Assembly: GCA_045114455.1 (NCBI GenBank)
Contig: JBGUKN010000050.1
Location: 2,736-66,735, forward strand
Source of the DNA: Victivallales bacterium
Lineage (GTDB): Bacteria; Verrucomicrobiota; Lentisphaeria; Victivallales; UBA1829
Direction of reading: 5' to 3'
Length of the DNA: 64,000 bases
Position numbers and translations under genes: made by a program. Positions 55,261-64,000 of this stretch are shown one piece after another; position 1 is the first letter of the stretch; each line of letters starts with the position of its first letter. The notes under the pieces were generated by a model. The model was given only the letters and a program-made list of their open reading frames with translations, was not told the origin of the DNA and did not search any database.

Positions 55261-56073
55261 TCACAGTCCGTGTTCCAGCCGGGTGGCCAGGCATTCCGGC
55301 AGTCCGGCGGCGCGGATCTTCTCCTGCGTCCCCGCGATATCGTACGGCAGACGATACCGCGTGAGCGTGCGCTGATCGGTGTCGAAGACGGCGAACGTCG
55401 CCCGCGGGTCGCGGTTGCGCGGCTGGCCCACGCTGCCGACGTTGATCAGGTATTTGCAGCCGGGCTGGATGGGAAGCACGATCTCGTCGGCCTCGTCGGA
55501 ACGGAACATCATGCCTTCCTCGTCCGGCTTGACGGTCCAGAGCTTCAGCTCGTCGACGGCCGGTTCTCCGGGGCGCGCGAGCATTTTCTTGCAGTACGCG
55601 ACGGGGACATGGGAGTGCCCGCAGAAGCAGAGCTGCGTGTACTGGTAGGAGAAATTGTCCATCGCCTGATGGATGTCGAAGATATAACCCCATTCCGACG
55701 GGCTGTCCAGCGACGCATGGACGACCGTGAAAGGCGTCCCGCGCACCTGCATCTTATACGGAAGCCCGGCAAGGAAAGCCTGTTCCTCGTCGGAAAGCGT
55801 GTTCTGCGTCCAGAGGACCGCGCTTTTCGCATGGGGGTTGAAGCCTGCCATGACGGTATCGCCGTTGGACGCGTACTCGTCGTGGTTGCCTTTGACGAAT
55901 GCGGCGACGGGAAGCGAGCGCATGGTCTCCAGGCATTCATGCGGACTGGCGTTGTAGCCGACGATGTCGCCGAGGGAAAGATAGGAATCCACCGAAAGTT
56001 CGCGGCAGCGGGCAAGCACCGTCTCCAGCGCTTCAAGATTGGCGTGTATATCGCTCAGGATCGCATATTTCAT
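55261..56073 (-). CDS. Metallophosphoesterase (calcineurin-like, YfcE/MPP family)
   Basis: SDIHAN, LGDIVGY, GNHD, GHSH motifs. Confidence 0.85.
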   Translation of the reverse strand: MKYAILSDIHANLEALETVLARCRELSVDSYLSLGDIVGYNASPHECLETMRSLPVAAFVKGNHDEYASNGDTVMAGFNPHAKSAVLWTQNTLSDEEQAFLAGLPYKMQVRGTPFTVVHASLDSPSEWGYIFDIHQAMDNFSYQYTQLCFCGHSHVPVAYCKKMLARPGEPAVDELKLWTVKPDEEGMMFRSDEADEIVLPIQPGCKYLINVGSVGQPRNRDPRATFAVFDTDQRTLTRYRLPYDIAGTQEKIRAAGLPECLATRLEHGL

Positions 56074-56287
56074 CGCGTGTTTCCGTTCCGGACGGGGTTC
56101 GTTGTTAAGGGAGAAAACATTTTATGAATATACCACATCCGGCGCCGATTTTAAAGAGCAAAAGGAAGAAAAAAGCGTTTTTTTCTTCAATTATTTCAGA
56201 TTCGGGCACTTTTCGACTTGAAAAATCGGCATTCATGCCTTATTTTTTAGCGTATTTATTTTTCTCCCCACCAAATGAGGTCTAAAC

Positions 56288-58015
56288 GTGCTTGACAGTG
56301 ATTATGTGTTGGAATTGCTTCAGGAGAACGGTTTCGTTTCCAAGGAGCAAATAGACGAAGGCTGGAAAAAGGTCGCCGACTCCGACGGCGAACTGGATAT
56401 CCTTGACGCTTTGAAGTCCATGCAATACGTCGACGAGCAGGAAATCACCAATATGCTCGCCCAGCAGTACGGACTGGAAACCATTGACCTTTCCACGTTC
56501 GTCATCCCCGACGAGGTCATCCAGGAGCTTCCCGCGGAAACGGCCCGGCAGTACCAGGTCGTTCCCGTCATGCTTCACGACGACATCCTCACTGTCGCCA
56601 TGTCCGATCCGACCGACATGGAGACCATCGACTCGCTCCGCTATGTGCTGAAGCGCGACGTGGAGGCGGTCATCGCCCCGGCGAAACAGATCCAGAAGGT
56701 CCTCGAATCCAGCTACGGCGGACTCGCGGGCACCGTGGATTCCTATGTCGGCAGCGTCGATACTTCCAATCTCGAAGTCGTGCAAACGGACGAGGACGAA
56801 GCCGCAAAGGAAGCGGCCAAGGCTGCGAACACGAACCCCGAGGACGACGCCCCGATCATCAAGCTCGTGTCGCTCCTCATCTACAACGCGTTCAAGCTCC
56901 GCGCGTCCGATATTCATCTGGAGCCGATGGAAAAGAAGTTCCGCATCCGGTACCGCATCGACGGCGCCCTCCGCGAAATGGAAAGCCCGCCGAAATACCT
57001 CCAGACGAACATCATCAGCCGTATCAAGATCATGTCCAAGATGGACATCTCCGAAAAGCGCGTGCCTCAGGACGGACGAATCCAGATCGAAGTTTCCGGC
57101 GTCGGGCTCGACCTCCGTGTTTCGACCATCCCCACGACCCACGGCGAATCCATCGTCATGCGTATCCTCGACAAGTCCAGCATCCAGCTCGACATTCCGA
57201 AGCTCGGCTTCTATACCGACGACCAGGAGAAGATCGACCGCATCATCTCCATGCCGGACGGCATCTTCCTGGTCACGGGCCCGACCGGTTCCGGCAAGAC
57301 CACCAGCCTGTACGCCTTCCTGAACACGATCAACAAGCCGAACCGCAAGATCATCACCGTGGAGGACCCTGTCGAATACCAGCTCAGCGGCATCAACCAG
57401 GTCCAGGTGAACCCGATCGTCCAGATGACGTTCTCGAATGCGCTTCGAGCCATGCTCCGTCAGGCGCCCAACATCATCATGGTCGGTGAAATCCGCGACC
57501 TTGAAACCGCCGACATCGCCATCAACGCATCCCTCACAGGCCACCTGGTCTTCAGCACGCTGCACACCAACGACGCCCCCAGCTCCGTGACACGACTGAT
57601 CGATATGGGCGTGAAGCCCTTCCTCGTGGCATCCTCCGTCCGCGCCATCATGGCGCAGCGACTTGTCCGCCGCGTCTGCAAAAACTGCATGGAGCCTTAC
57701 AAGCCCTCCCCCGACGAAATCCGCCTCCTCCACCTCGACAAGGACTACCTCGACTCCGCAAACCTCGTCCACGGACGCGGCTGCCCCGCCTGCGGCGGCA
57801 CCGGGTACAAGGGACGTATGGGAATCTACGAGATCTTCCTCATCACGGAGGACATGCAGTATCTCATCTACAACAAGGAAAGCTCCGACAAGCTCCGCGC
57901 CGCCGCCCGTCAGAGCGGCATGAGAACCCTGCGCGAAGACGGTCTCCGCAAAGCCGCCGCCGGTACGACCACGGTTTCGGAAGTCCTCGCGGTCACCGTC
58001 GGCGACGAAGAATAA
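56288..58015 (+). CDS. pilB: Type IV pilus/T2SS assembly ATPase (PilB/GspE family), paralogue 1
   Basis: GTG start with GAGG 8 nt upstream. T2SSE_N domain, PIIKLV, ASDIHLEP, RYRIDG, Walker A GPTGSGKTT, Asp/His boxes, and a tetra-Cys Zn site (CKNC...CPAC). Confidence 0.88.
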   Translation: MLDSDYVLELLQENGFVSKEQIDEGWKKVADSDGELDILDALKSMQYVDEQEITNMLAQQYGLETIDLSTFVIPDEVIQELPAETARQYQVVPVMLHDDILTVAMSDPTDMETIDSLRYVLKRDVEAVIAPAKQIQKVLESSYGGLAGTVDSYVGSVDTSNLEVVQTDEDEAAKEAAKAANTNPEDDAPIIKLVSLLIYNAFKLRASDIHLEPMEKKFRIRYRIDGALREMESPPKYLQTNIISRIKIMSKMDISEKRVPQDGRIQIEVSGVGLDLRVSTIPTTHGESIVMRILDKSSIQLDIPKLGFYTDDQEKIDRIISMPDGIFLVTGPTGSGKTTSLYAFLNTINKPNRKIITVEDPVEYQLSGINQVQVNPIVQMTFSNALRAMLRQAPNIIMVGEIRDLETADIAINASLTGHLVFSTLHTNDAPSSVTRLIDMGVKPFLVASSVRAIMAQRLVRRVCKNCMEPYKPSPDEIRLLHLDKDYLDSANLVHGRGCPACGGTGYKGRMGIYEIFLITEDMQYLIYNKESSDKLRAAARQSGMRTLREDGLRKAAAGTTTVSEVLAVTVGDEE

Positions 58016-58042
58016 CGCAATCAACCACACGGATTCCATATC

Positions 58043-59722
58043 ATGCTTGACTCTGAAAATCAAACACTGAAAGACATCCTCCTGAACGCGAACGCGTGTT
58101 CCGAACAGAACATGAAGGAAGCCGAGGAGGAATACGAGCGCACGGGGAAATCGCTTCAGCAGATCCTGATCGACTTCCAGATCCTGACCGAAAACGAAAT
58201 CCTCAACTACATCGCCGAAAGCCTCGGCACGACCGTCGTCGACCTCTCCATGCTCGAGGTCCCGAAAGAGGTCATCGACCTCATCGACGCGGACAATGTC
58301 CGCATGCTCGGCGTCGTCCCGATCGAGGCGGACGAATCCACCGTGACGATCGCCGTCCGGAATCCGCTGAACTATCAGATCGCCGACGAAATGCGGTTCG
58401 TGCTCGGCAAGGACGTGATGATCGTCCTGGCGGAAGAAAAGCAGATCGACAGCTTCATCGACAAGTATTATCCCGTCGACATCAACGGCGTGAACGACCT
58501 CCTCTCCGAAATGGACGCCGCCGAAGGCTCCGACTACGCCTATGCGAACGCCGAGGAAGACGCGAACAAGGCCCCGATCATCAAGTTCGTGGACGCCGTC
58601 CTCTACCAGGCCATCCGCGACAAGGCGTCGGACATCCATTTCGAGCCGTTCGAACATGAATTCAAGATCCGGTACCGCATCGACGGCGCCCTGTACGAGA
58701 TGTCCCCGCCGCCCCGCAGCCTCGCGATCCCGGTCATCAGCCGCGTGAAGATCCTTTCCGGCCTGAACATCTCCGAACGCCGCAAGCCGCAGGACGGCCG
58801 TATCCAGCTCAAGATCGCCGGCCGCCCCATCGACCTCCGTGTATCCACGCTTCCGACTTCCCACGGCGAATCCGTGGTGCTCCGTGTGCTCGACCGCTCC
58901 GTCGTCAACCTCGACCTCGACGTGCTCGGCATCAACGAAGACACGCTCAAGAAGATCCGCGAGATCATCGCCATGCCGAACGGCATCTTCATCATCACGG
59001 GCCCGACCGGTTCCGGCAAGACGACCACGCTGTACTCCGCGCTGAAGGAGATCAACAAGGTCGAAGACAAGATCCTCACCGCGGAAGACCCCGTCGAATA
59101 CGACCTCGAAGGCATCGTCCAGCTCCCGATCAACGACGCGATCGGCATGACGTTCGGACGCGCCCTCCGCGCCTTCCTTCGTCAGGACCCCGACATCATC
59201 ATGCTCGGTGAAACGCGCGATATCGAAACCGCGGAAATGGCCGTTCAGGCATCCCTCACGGGACACCTGGTCTTCACCACGCTGCACACAAACGACGCCG
59301 CCGGCGCCGTGACCCGTCTGATCGACATGGGCGTCCAGCCCTTCCTCATCACCGCCTCGCTGATCGCCATTCTCGGTCAGCGACTCCTCCTCCGCATCTG
59401 CCCGCACTGCCGGACGGCGTTCGTCCCGACCGAAGACGACCTGAAGCTCCTCGGGCTCCAGCGCAAGGACATCGGCGAAAACAAGTTCTACTACGGAAAA
59501 GGCTGCCCCACCTGCAACAATACCGGGTACAAGGGACGCAAAGCCATTACCGAACTGCTGTGCATGAGCAGCAAGATTTCCTCGCTGATCCTGGATTCCG
59601 CACCCGCAGTCGTCATCCGCGACAAGGCGCGCGAACTCGGCATGACTACCATGCGCGAGGACGGCATCCGCGCCATCCTGAACGGCGAGACCACGATGGA
59701 AGAAGTTCTCAAATACACCTAA
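58043..59722 (+). CDS. pilB: Type IV pilus/T2SS assembly ATPase (PilB/GspE family), paralogue 2
   Basis: Same architecture as paralogue 1 (PIIKFV, ASDIHFEP, RYRIDG, GPTGSGKTT, CPHC...CPTC), 27 nt downstream of it. Confidence 0.88.
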   Translation: MLDSENQTLKDILLNANACSEQNMKEAEEEYERTGKSLQQILIDFQILTENEILNYIAESLGTTVVDLSMLEVPKEVIDLIDADNVRMLGVVPIEADESTVTIAVRNPLNYQIADEMRFVLGKDVMIVLAEEKQIDSFIDKYYPVDINGVNDLLSEMDAAEGSDYAYANAEEDANKAPIIKFVDAVLYQAIRDKASDIHFEPFEHEFKIRYRIDGALYEMSPPPRSLAIPVISRVKILSGLNISERRKPQDGRIQLKIAGRPIDLRVSTLPTSHGESVVLRVLDRSVVNLDLDVLGINEDTLKKIREIIAMPNGIFIITGPTGSGKTTTLYSALKEINKVEDKILTAEDPVEYDLEGIVQLPINDAIGMTFGRALRAFLRQDPDIIMLGETRDIETAEMAVQASLTGHLVFTTLHTNDAAGAVTRLIDMGVQPFLITASLIAILGQRLLLRICPHCRTAFVPTEDDLKLLGLQRKDIGENKFYYGKGCPTCNNTGYKGRKAITELLCMSSKISSLILDSAPAVVIRDKARELGMTTMREDGIRAILNGETTMEEVLKYT

Positions 59723-59741
59723 TACATAAAGGGCCCTCAAC

Positions 59742-60809
59742 ATGGTTGAAATGGATGAATTACTGGATCTCGTCGTCACCGAAGGATGCAGCGACCTGCA
59801 CCTCGAAGTCGGCGTCGCACCCGTGATCCGCCTCCACGGTGAAATGACCCAGCTCGACCTCCCGGTGCTTACGCCGGAGGATACGGAAGCGCTGGTCAAA
59901 TCGATCGCCTCCCCGCGCCACCTCCAGCAGCTCGCCGAGGACGGCGGCGCCGACTTCGGTTTCGCGTTCGGCGACCGCGCGCGTTTCCGCGTCAGCGCAT
60001 TCAAGCAGAAAGGCTGCGTTGGCGCCGTGCTGCGCCAGATCCCAAACGAGATGATGCCGCTTGACAAGATCGGCCTCCCGCCGAGCATCAAGGACCTGCT
60101 CTACCGTCCCCGCGGCATGATTCTCGTGACCGGCCCGACCGGTTCCGGCAAGTCCACCACGCTCGCCTCGATGATCAACGTCATCAACGAGGAGCGCGCC
60201 GTGCACATCATCACGGTCGAGGACCCCATCGAATTCTACCACCACCACAAGAAAAGCGTGGTGATTCAGCGTGAAGTCGGCGCGGACGTCCCGAGCTTCT
60301 CCGAAGCCCTCCGCCGCGCCCTCCGTCAGGACCCGGACATCATCCTCGTCGGCGAATTGCGCGACCTGGTCACCATCGAAGCAGCCGTCACCGCAGCCGA
60401 AACCGGTCACCTGGTCTTCGGCACCCTGCACACCACCGGCGCCGCGCCCACGGTCGACCGTATCGTCGACGCCTTCCCGACCAACCAGCAGCCGCAGATC
60501 CGCACCCAGCTCGCCGCCGGTCTCGTCGGCGTCATCTCCCAGGTGCTTCTGCCCCGCGTCGACAAGCCCGGCCGCGTCGCCGCTTTCGAGATCATGATCA
60601 CCACGCCCTCCATCCAGGCGCTGATCCGCGACGGCAAGACCTTCCGTATCACGTCCGACATCCAGACCGGCGCGAAGTACGGCATGAACACCCTCGACTC
60701 CCACCTGGTCGAACTCTACAAGAAGGGCATGGTCTCCTACGGCGAAGTCATCACGAAGGCGCAGGACCCCGAAGGCATCGTCCAGACCCTCGCCGGAACC
60801 GCCGTCTGA
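59742..60809 (+). CDS. pilT: Twitching-motility retraction ATPase PilT
   Basis: [41 protein letters not shown], AHxxQ-like region. 355 aa. Confidence 0.92.
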   Translation: MVEMDELLDLVVTEGCSDLHLEVGVAPVIRLHGEMTQLDLPVLTPEDTEALVKSIASPRHLQQLAEDGGADFGFAFGDRARFRVSAFKQKGCVGAVLRQIPNEMMPLDKIGLPPSIKDLLYRPRGMILVTGPTGSGKSTTLASMINVINEERAVHIITVEDPIEFYHHHKKSVVIQREVGADVPSFSEALRRALRQDPDIILVGELRDLVTIEAAVTAAETGHLVFGTLHTTGAAPTVDRIVDAFPTNQQPQIRTQLAAGLVGVISQVLLPRVDKPGRVAAFEIMITTPSIQALIRDGKTFRITSDIQTGAKYGMNTLDSHLVELYKKGMVSYGEVITKAQDPEGIVQTLAGTAV

Positions 60810-60852
60810 TTCAAGTCACGATTCATCATTCAAATAACCTGGAGTTCACAAA

Positions 60853-62115
60853 ATGCCGATCTTCCAATACACCGCGATGGATGCATCCGGTAAGGAACAG
60901 AAGGGACAGCACGAAGCCGCAAGCGAAGAAGCCGTCGCATCGTTCCTGAAGGAACAGGGGATGTTCCCCACCTCCATCAAGCCGCTTGCAAAAGCGGACA
61001 AGGGCAAAAAGGAAAAAACGAAAAAGGCCGCCGCGGCAAAGGGGCTGAACATCAGCCTCGGCCCCACGGTCATCAAGGGCAAGGACCTGACCGTCTTCAC
61101 CCGTCAGCTCGCCATCCTGCTCGACGCCGGCCTTCCGCTCATCCGTTCCCTCAGAACGCTCGAAAGGCAGGCGAAGAATCCCACCGTGAAGTCCGTCCTC
61201 GGCAAGGTCGCCGACTCCGTCGAAGGCGGCTCCACCTTCTCCGAAGCGCTCGCCCAGCACCCGAAATCGTTCGACAAACTCTACCTGAACATGATCCGCG
61301 CAGGCGAGGCAGCCGGTAAGCTCGAACTGATCCTGACCCGTCTGGCAGGCTTCCGCGAAAAGGCCGCCAAAATCGCGGGCAAGGTCAAGTCCGCCATGGT
61401 CTACCCGGCCATCGTGCTCACCATCGCCATCGGCATCACGATCTTCCTCATGATCTTCATCGTCCCGAAGTTCGAGGTCATGTTCACGGAAATGCTCGAC
61501 GGCGCGCAGCTCCCCGCCATCACGCAATTCGTCATGGGCGTCAGCCGGTGGCTGCAGAACAACATCGTCATCGCCATCATCCTCGTGATCGTCCTCGTGG
61601 TCGCCACGAAGTTCGCGCTCAAAACGGAGAAAGGGCGGTTCTACTTCGACAAGGGCATCTACAACGCCCCGATCATCGGACTGCTCATCTCCCGTAACGC
61701 CATCTCCAAGTTCTCCCGTACCCTCGGCACCCTCATGGGCTCCGGCGTCCCCGTCCTGAACGCCCTCCAGATCGTCCGCGACACCGCCGGCAACGAACTG
61801 GTCTCCAAGGCGGTTCAGCAGGTCCACGACGCCGTGAAGGAAGGCGAACCGATGGCGCCCCCGCTTCAGGCCACCAAGATCTTCCCCGACATGGTCATCA
61901 GTATGATCGAGGTCGGCGAGGAAACGGGCAAGCTCCCCGACATGCTCGAAAAGATCGCTGACACCTACGACGAGGAAGTCGACAACGCCGTCAGCGCCCT
62001 GACATCCATGATCGAACCGTTGATGATCGTCTTCCTGGCAGTCATCGTCGGCGGTATCGTTATCGCACTGTTCAGCCCGCTGATCACCATCATCCAGACC
62101 CTCGGCGGCGGCTGA
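60853..62115 (+). CDS. pilC: Type IV pilus platform protein PilC (GspF family)
   Basis: GGAG SD. Duplicated T2SSF domains (FTRQLAILLDAGLPL / FSRTLGTLMGSGVPV) and three TM segments. Confidence 0.88.
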   Translation: MPIFQYTAMDASGKEQKGQHEAASEEAVASFLKEQGMFPTSIKPLAKADKGKKEKTKKAAAAKGLNISLGPTVIKGKDLTVFTRQLAILLDAGLPLIRSLRTLERQAKNPTVKSVLGKVADSVEGGSTFSEALAQHPKSFDKLYLNMIRAGEAAGKLELILTRLAGFREKAAKIAGKVKSAMVYPAIVLTIAIGITIFLMIFIVPKFEVMFTEMLDGAQLPAITQFVMGVSRWLQNNIVIAIILVIVLVVATKFALKTEKGRFYFDKGIYNAPIIGLLISRNAISKFSRTLGTLMGSGVPVLNALQIVRDTAGNELVSKAVQQVHDAVKEGEPMAPPLQATKIFPDMVISMIEVGEETGKLPDMLEKIADTYDEEVDNAVSALTSMIEPLMIVFLAVIVGGIVIALFSPLITIIQTLGGG

Positions 62116-62129
62116 TCCGCCTCGCACAA

Positions 62130-62160
62130 GGTCCCGCCCCGGCGGGACCTTTTTTCTTTT
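62130..62160 (+). terminator. Rho-independent terminator after pilC
   Basis: GGTCCCGC-CCCG-GCGGGACC followed by TTTTTTCTTTTT. Confidence 0.75.
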
Positions 62161-62174
62161 TCCGGAGACAGCCC

Positions 62175-62873
62175 ATGCACTGCTATCTGAACAACGGAAA
62201 CACACATACGCAGATTCTGACCGTAGACAACGGCGGAGGACGTACGCTTCGAACCGTCCCGACGACGGATTTCGATCCCGCCTCGCTTCCTGCCGACGCG
62301 GAGACGGCGGCGGCTTGCGTCGTGGCGGAGAAGATGGATGCCCTGAAAGCGTGCGGCGTCAGATTCGCCACGCCGGAGGCGGCCTCGAAGTTCTTGGATT
62401 TCTCTCCTGTCGACGCCTCGACGCTCGGACAGGACCGCGTCGCGAATGCCGTTTGCCTGGCCGCAAAGGCAGTTCTCCCGGCTGTTTCGCTTGATTTCGG
62501 CACCTGCATCACCGCGGAGGTCGTCGATGCACAGAGACGCTTCCTCGGCGGCGCGATCTTCCCCGGACGACTTCTCACGCGCAAAGCGCTCAACCTCTAC
62601 ACCTCGAAACTGCCCGTCGTCGAACTTGCGGACGGATTGCCCGCCTCCCCCGGCGCGAATACCGCCGACGCCATCCGCATGGGAACCGATGCCGCGGCGA
62701 TCGACGCCGTGGCGGGATTCCTCGCACGGATGGAAAAGCTCCTGGGATGCCGCCCGACGGTTTATGCCTGCGGAGGCGACCGCGCGTTTTTCCTTCGTGC
62801 GCCGGAACTCGCCGGCATGACGGACGGCGGAGACGATTTCACGTTGCGCGGGGTGGAGCTCCTTTTCAGCTGA
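62175..62873 (+). CDS. coaX: Type III pantothenate kinase
   Basis: Acetate/sugar-kinase fold motifs: N-terminal phosphate-1 region, GQDRVAN, LDFGTCITAEVVD, GGAIFPG, ANTADAI. Confidence 0.85.
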   Translation: MHCYLNNGNTHTQILTVDNGGGRTLRTVPTTDFDPASLPADAETAAACVVAEKMDALKACGVRFATPEAASKFLDFSPVDASTLGQDRVANAVCLAAKAVLPAVSLDFGTCITAEVVDAQRRFLGGAIFPGRLLTRKALNLYTSKLPVVELADGLPASPGANTADAIRMGTDAAAIDAVAGFLARMEKLLGCRPTVYACGGDRAFFLRAPELAGMTDGGDDFTLRGVELLFS

Positions 62874-62883
62874 AGGCATCCGT

Positions 62884-63549
62884 ATGAAGATCAAAATCTG
62901 CGGGATCAGGAACGAAACGGATTTGGCCGCGGCGCTGTCCGCCTCGCCGGACGCCGTCGGATTCCTCGTAGGACAGGTGCATCCCTCGCCTGATTTCATC
63001 CTCGCGTGCACGGCACGGCGTCTCGCCAGTTCCCTGCCCCCGTTCGTACAGCCGTGGCTGGTCACGCATTTGTCCCGGCCGGAAGATATCCTCGACCTCG
63101 CCGACGCCGCGGCCGTCTGCAACATACAGCTCCACGGGGAGTCCACGCCGGAGGAAGTCTCCGCGATCCGCGACGCCCTGCCCCCGTGCGCCAAGCTCGT
63201 GCGCGCGGTTCATCCCGAACCGCAGGACACCTTTTCCGAATACGCCGACTATGCGCCGTTCATCGACGCCTATCTGATCGACACGGTCAACCCGAAGACC
63301 GGACAGGTCGGCGGAACGGGGCTTGTCGGCAACTGGACCCGCGCCGCGCGCTTCGTGCAGGAATCGCCGGTCCCGGTCATCCTCGCGGGCGGACTGACTC
63401 CGGCCAACATTGCGCGCGCCATCGAACGCGTCCGGCCCTACGCCGTGGACGTGAACACCGGGGTCAAGACGCCGGCGGACCGTTCGGAAAGCGCCGCGCT
63501 CTGCCGCGCGTTCGTGAAGGCGGCCAGACAGACGGATTATCAAATATAG
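62884..63549 (+). CDS. trpF: Phosphoribosylanthranilate isomerase
   Basis: MKIKICGI, DAVGF, QLHG, GGTG, LAGGLTP, VDVNTGVE-like motifs. Confidence 0.88.
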   Translation: MKIKICGIRNETDLAAALSASPDAVGFLVGQVHPSPDFILACTARRLASSLPPFVQPWLVTHLSRPEDILDLADAAAVCNIQLHGESTPEEVSAIRDALPPCAKLVRAVHPEPQDTFSEYADYAPFIDAYLIDTVNPKTGQVGGTGLVGNWTRAARFVQESPVPVILAGGLTPANIARAIERVRPYAVDVNTGVKTPADRSESAALCRAFVKAARQTDYQI

Positions 63550-63608
63550 CCAGCCATCTATTCTCACCCATGCAAACGGAGACCGGCACTGCCCGATATA
63601 CGTCGTAT

Positions 63609-63656
63609 GTGCGCGAGCGGATGCCGCGCACTCCTGCATTGGAGGACTTGTCCTCC
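63609..63656. repeat. Palindromic repeat copy C (GTGCGCG hairpin plus GGAGGACTTGTCCTCC) between convergent trpF and the GNAT gene
   Basis: GTGCGCG-N9-CGCGCAC at 63609-63631. Core palindrome at 63641-63656, directly abutting the GNAT stop codon. ACCGGCACTGCC at 63581-63592 resembles copy A. Confidence 0.6.
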
Positions 63657-64000
63657 TTACAGGATTTTCTGGTAATACGCGATGCTGAGCCAGCGGTCGA
63701 ATTTCCGGCCCGCCTCGCGGACGGTCCCGGCATACTCGTAGCCGCATCTCCGGTGAAGTTCGATGCTCGACAGATTCTCCGCGTCGATCACGCCGATGAG
63801 CGTATGGATGCCGATCTTGCGGCATTCCTCCTCCAGACGCGCCATCAAGGCCGTCCCGATGCCCGCGCGGCGCGCCGACGGCTCGACATAAACGGAGTGC
63901 TCCGCCGCATGCAGATACCCCTGATGATGCCGGTACGGGCCGCAGGAGGCGAACCCGAGGAAAGCCCCCTCATCGGACTCAGCCGCCAGGATCGGATAAT
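63657..64000 (-). CDS. GNAT N-acetyltransferase (phosphinothricin/YncA-like), N-terminus outside the window
   Basis: The frame stays open upstream of the track start (a TTG). Translation reads ...HSVYVEPSARRAGIGTALMARLEEECRKIGIHTLIGVI...NLSSIELHRRCGYEYAGT, containing the acetyl-CoA motif R-x-x-G-x-G. Confidence 0.8.
   Translation of the reverse strand, partial: YPILAAESDEGAFLGFASCGPYRHHQGYLHAAEHSVYVEPSARRAGIGTALMARLEEECRKIGIHTLIGVIDAENLSSIELHRRCGYEYAGTVREAGRKFDRWLSIAYYQKIL

Noticed and set aside
56204-56220. GGGCAC-N8-TTG upstream of pilB1, considered as a sigma54 (-24/-12) promoter.
   Set aside because: The spacing is off by about 3 nt relative to TGGCAC-N5-TTGC, and the -12 GC is absent.
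56288-58300. N-terminal regions of the two PilB paralogues, checked for the MshEN-type c-di-GMP binding motif (RLGxxLLxxGLLxxxxLxxAL).
   Set aside because: Only loose resemblance (e.g. VLELLQENGFVSKEQIDEG). The key Arg-Leu-Gly start is missing in what I can align by eye, so I cannot support the claim without a profile alignment.
56282-60091. 1269-aa minus-strand ORF spanning pilB1, pilB2 and pilT.
   Set aside because: It is antisense to three clearly real secretion ATPase genes. It contains no motifs and is a GC-driven open frame.

Overview
This is a 64-kb, GC-rich chromosomal segment. The host looks like a diderm bacterium (LpxD, Skp, GT9 heptosyltransferase, PpiD-like chaperone) and is probably anaerobic and saccharolytic ([FeFe]-hydrogenases, secreted GH2, GH39). 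The lineage cannot be fixed from sequence alone.

I call 56 protein-coding genes, 5 rho-independent terminators, a few candidate promoter/operator sites and one short palindromic repeat family. I saw no rRNA, tRNA, CRISPR array, transposase or integrase. Because of the GC content, the ORF track contains many long antisense shadow ORFs (up to 1443 aa), which I reject. One real gene (GH2 beta-galactosidase-like, 1-2561, minus) is missing from the track because it runs off the window.

Most of the content is housekeeping:
- tcdA-tatD-rsmB-ispF
- lpxD-nadA and skp
- cobB-hrpB
- the ybeZ(phoH)-HD-ybeY-corC-DUF502-xseA block
- fabD-fabG-acpP-fabF
- tsaC and ftsB
- pilB-pilB-pilT-pilC
- coaX and trpF

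Many neighbouring genes overlap by 4 nt (ATGA), which suggests translational coupling.

Items worth a second look:
1. A MntA/HepT toxin-antitoxin module (14372-15318) in which the HepT toxin carries a second, degenerate MntA-like domain. It sits next to three small unknown, mostly membrane genes in an AT-richer islet (15452-16779).
2. A six-gene hydrogenase locus (36860-44667) that couples a sensory HydS-type [FeFe]-hydrogenase paralogue and a PP2C phosphatase to a HydABC bifurcating-type enzyme.
3. A secreted ankyrin-repeat protein in an AT-rich cassette (7815-9324) with its own promoter and 11-nt flanking direct repeats.
4. A palindromic element (core GGAGGACTTGTCCTCC plus GTGCC(C)GG hairpins) present three times, once in frame inside hrpB.
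5. Tandem PilB paralogues with no pilin genes nearby.

All similarity statements come from reading motifs by eye. No database search or numerical computation was run.
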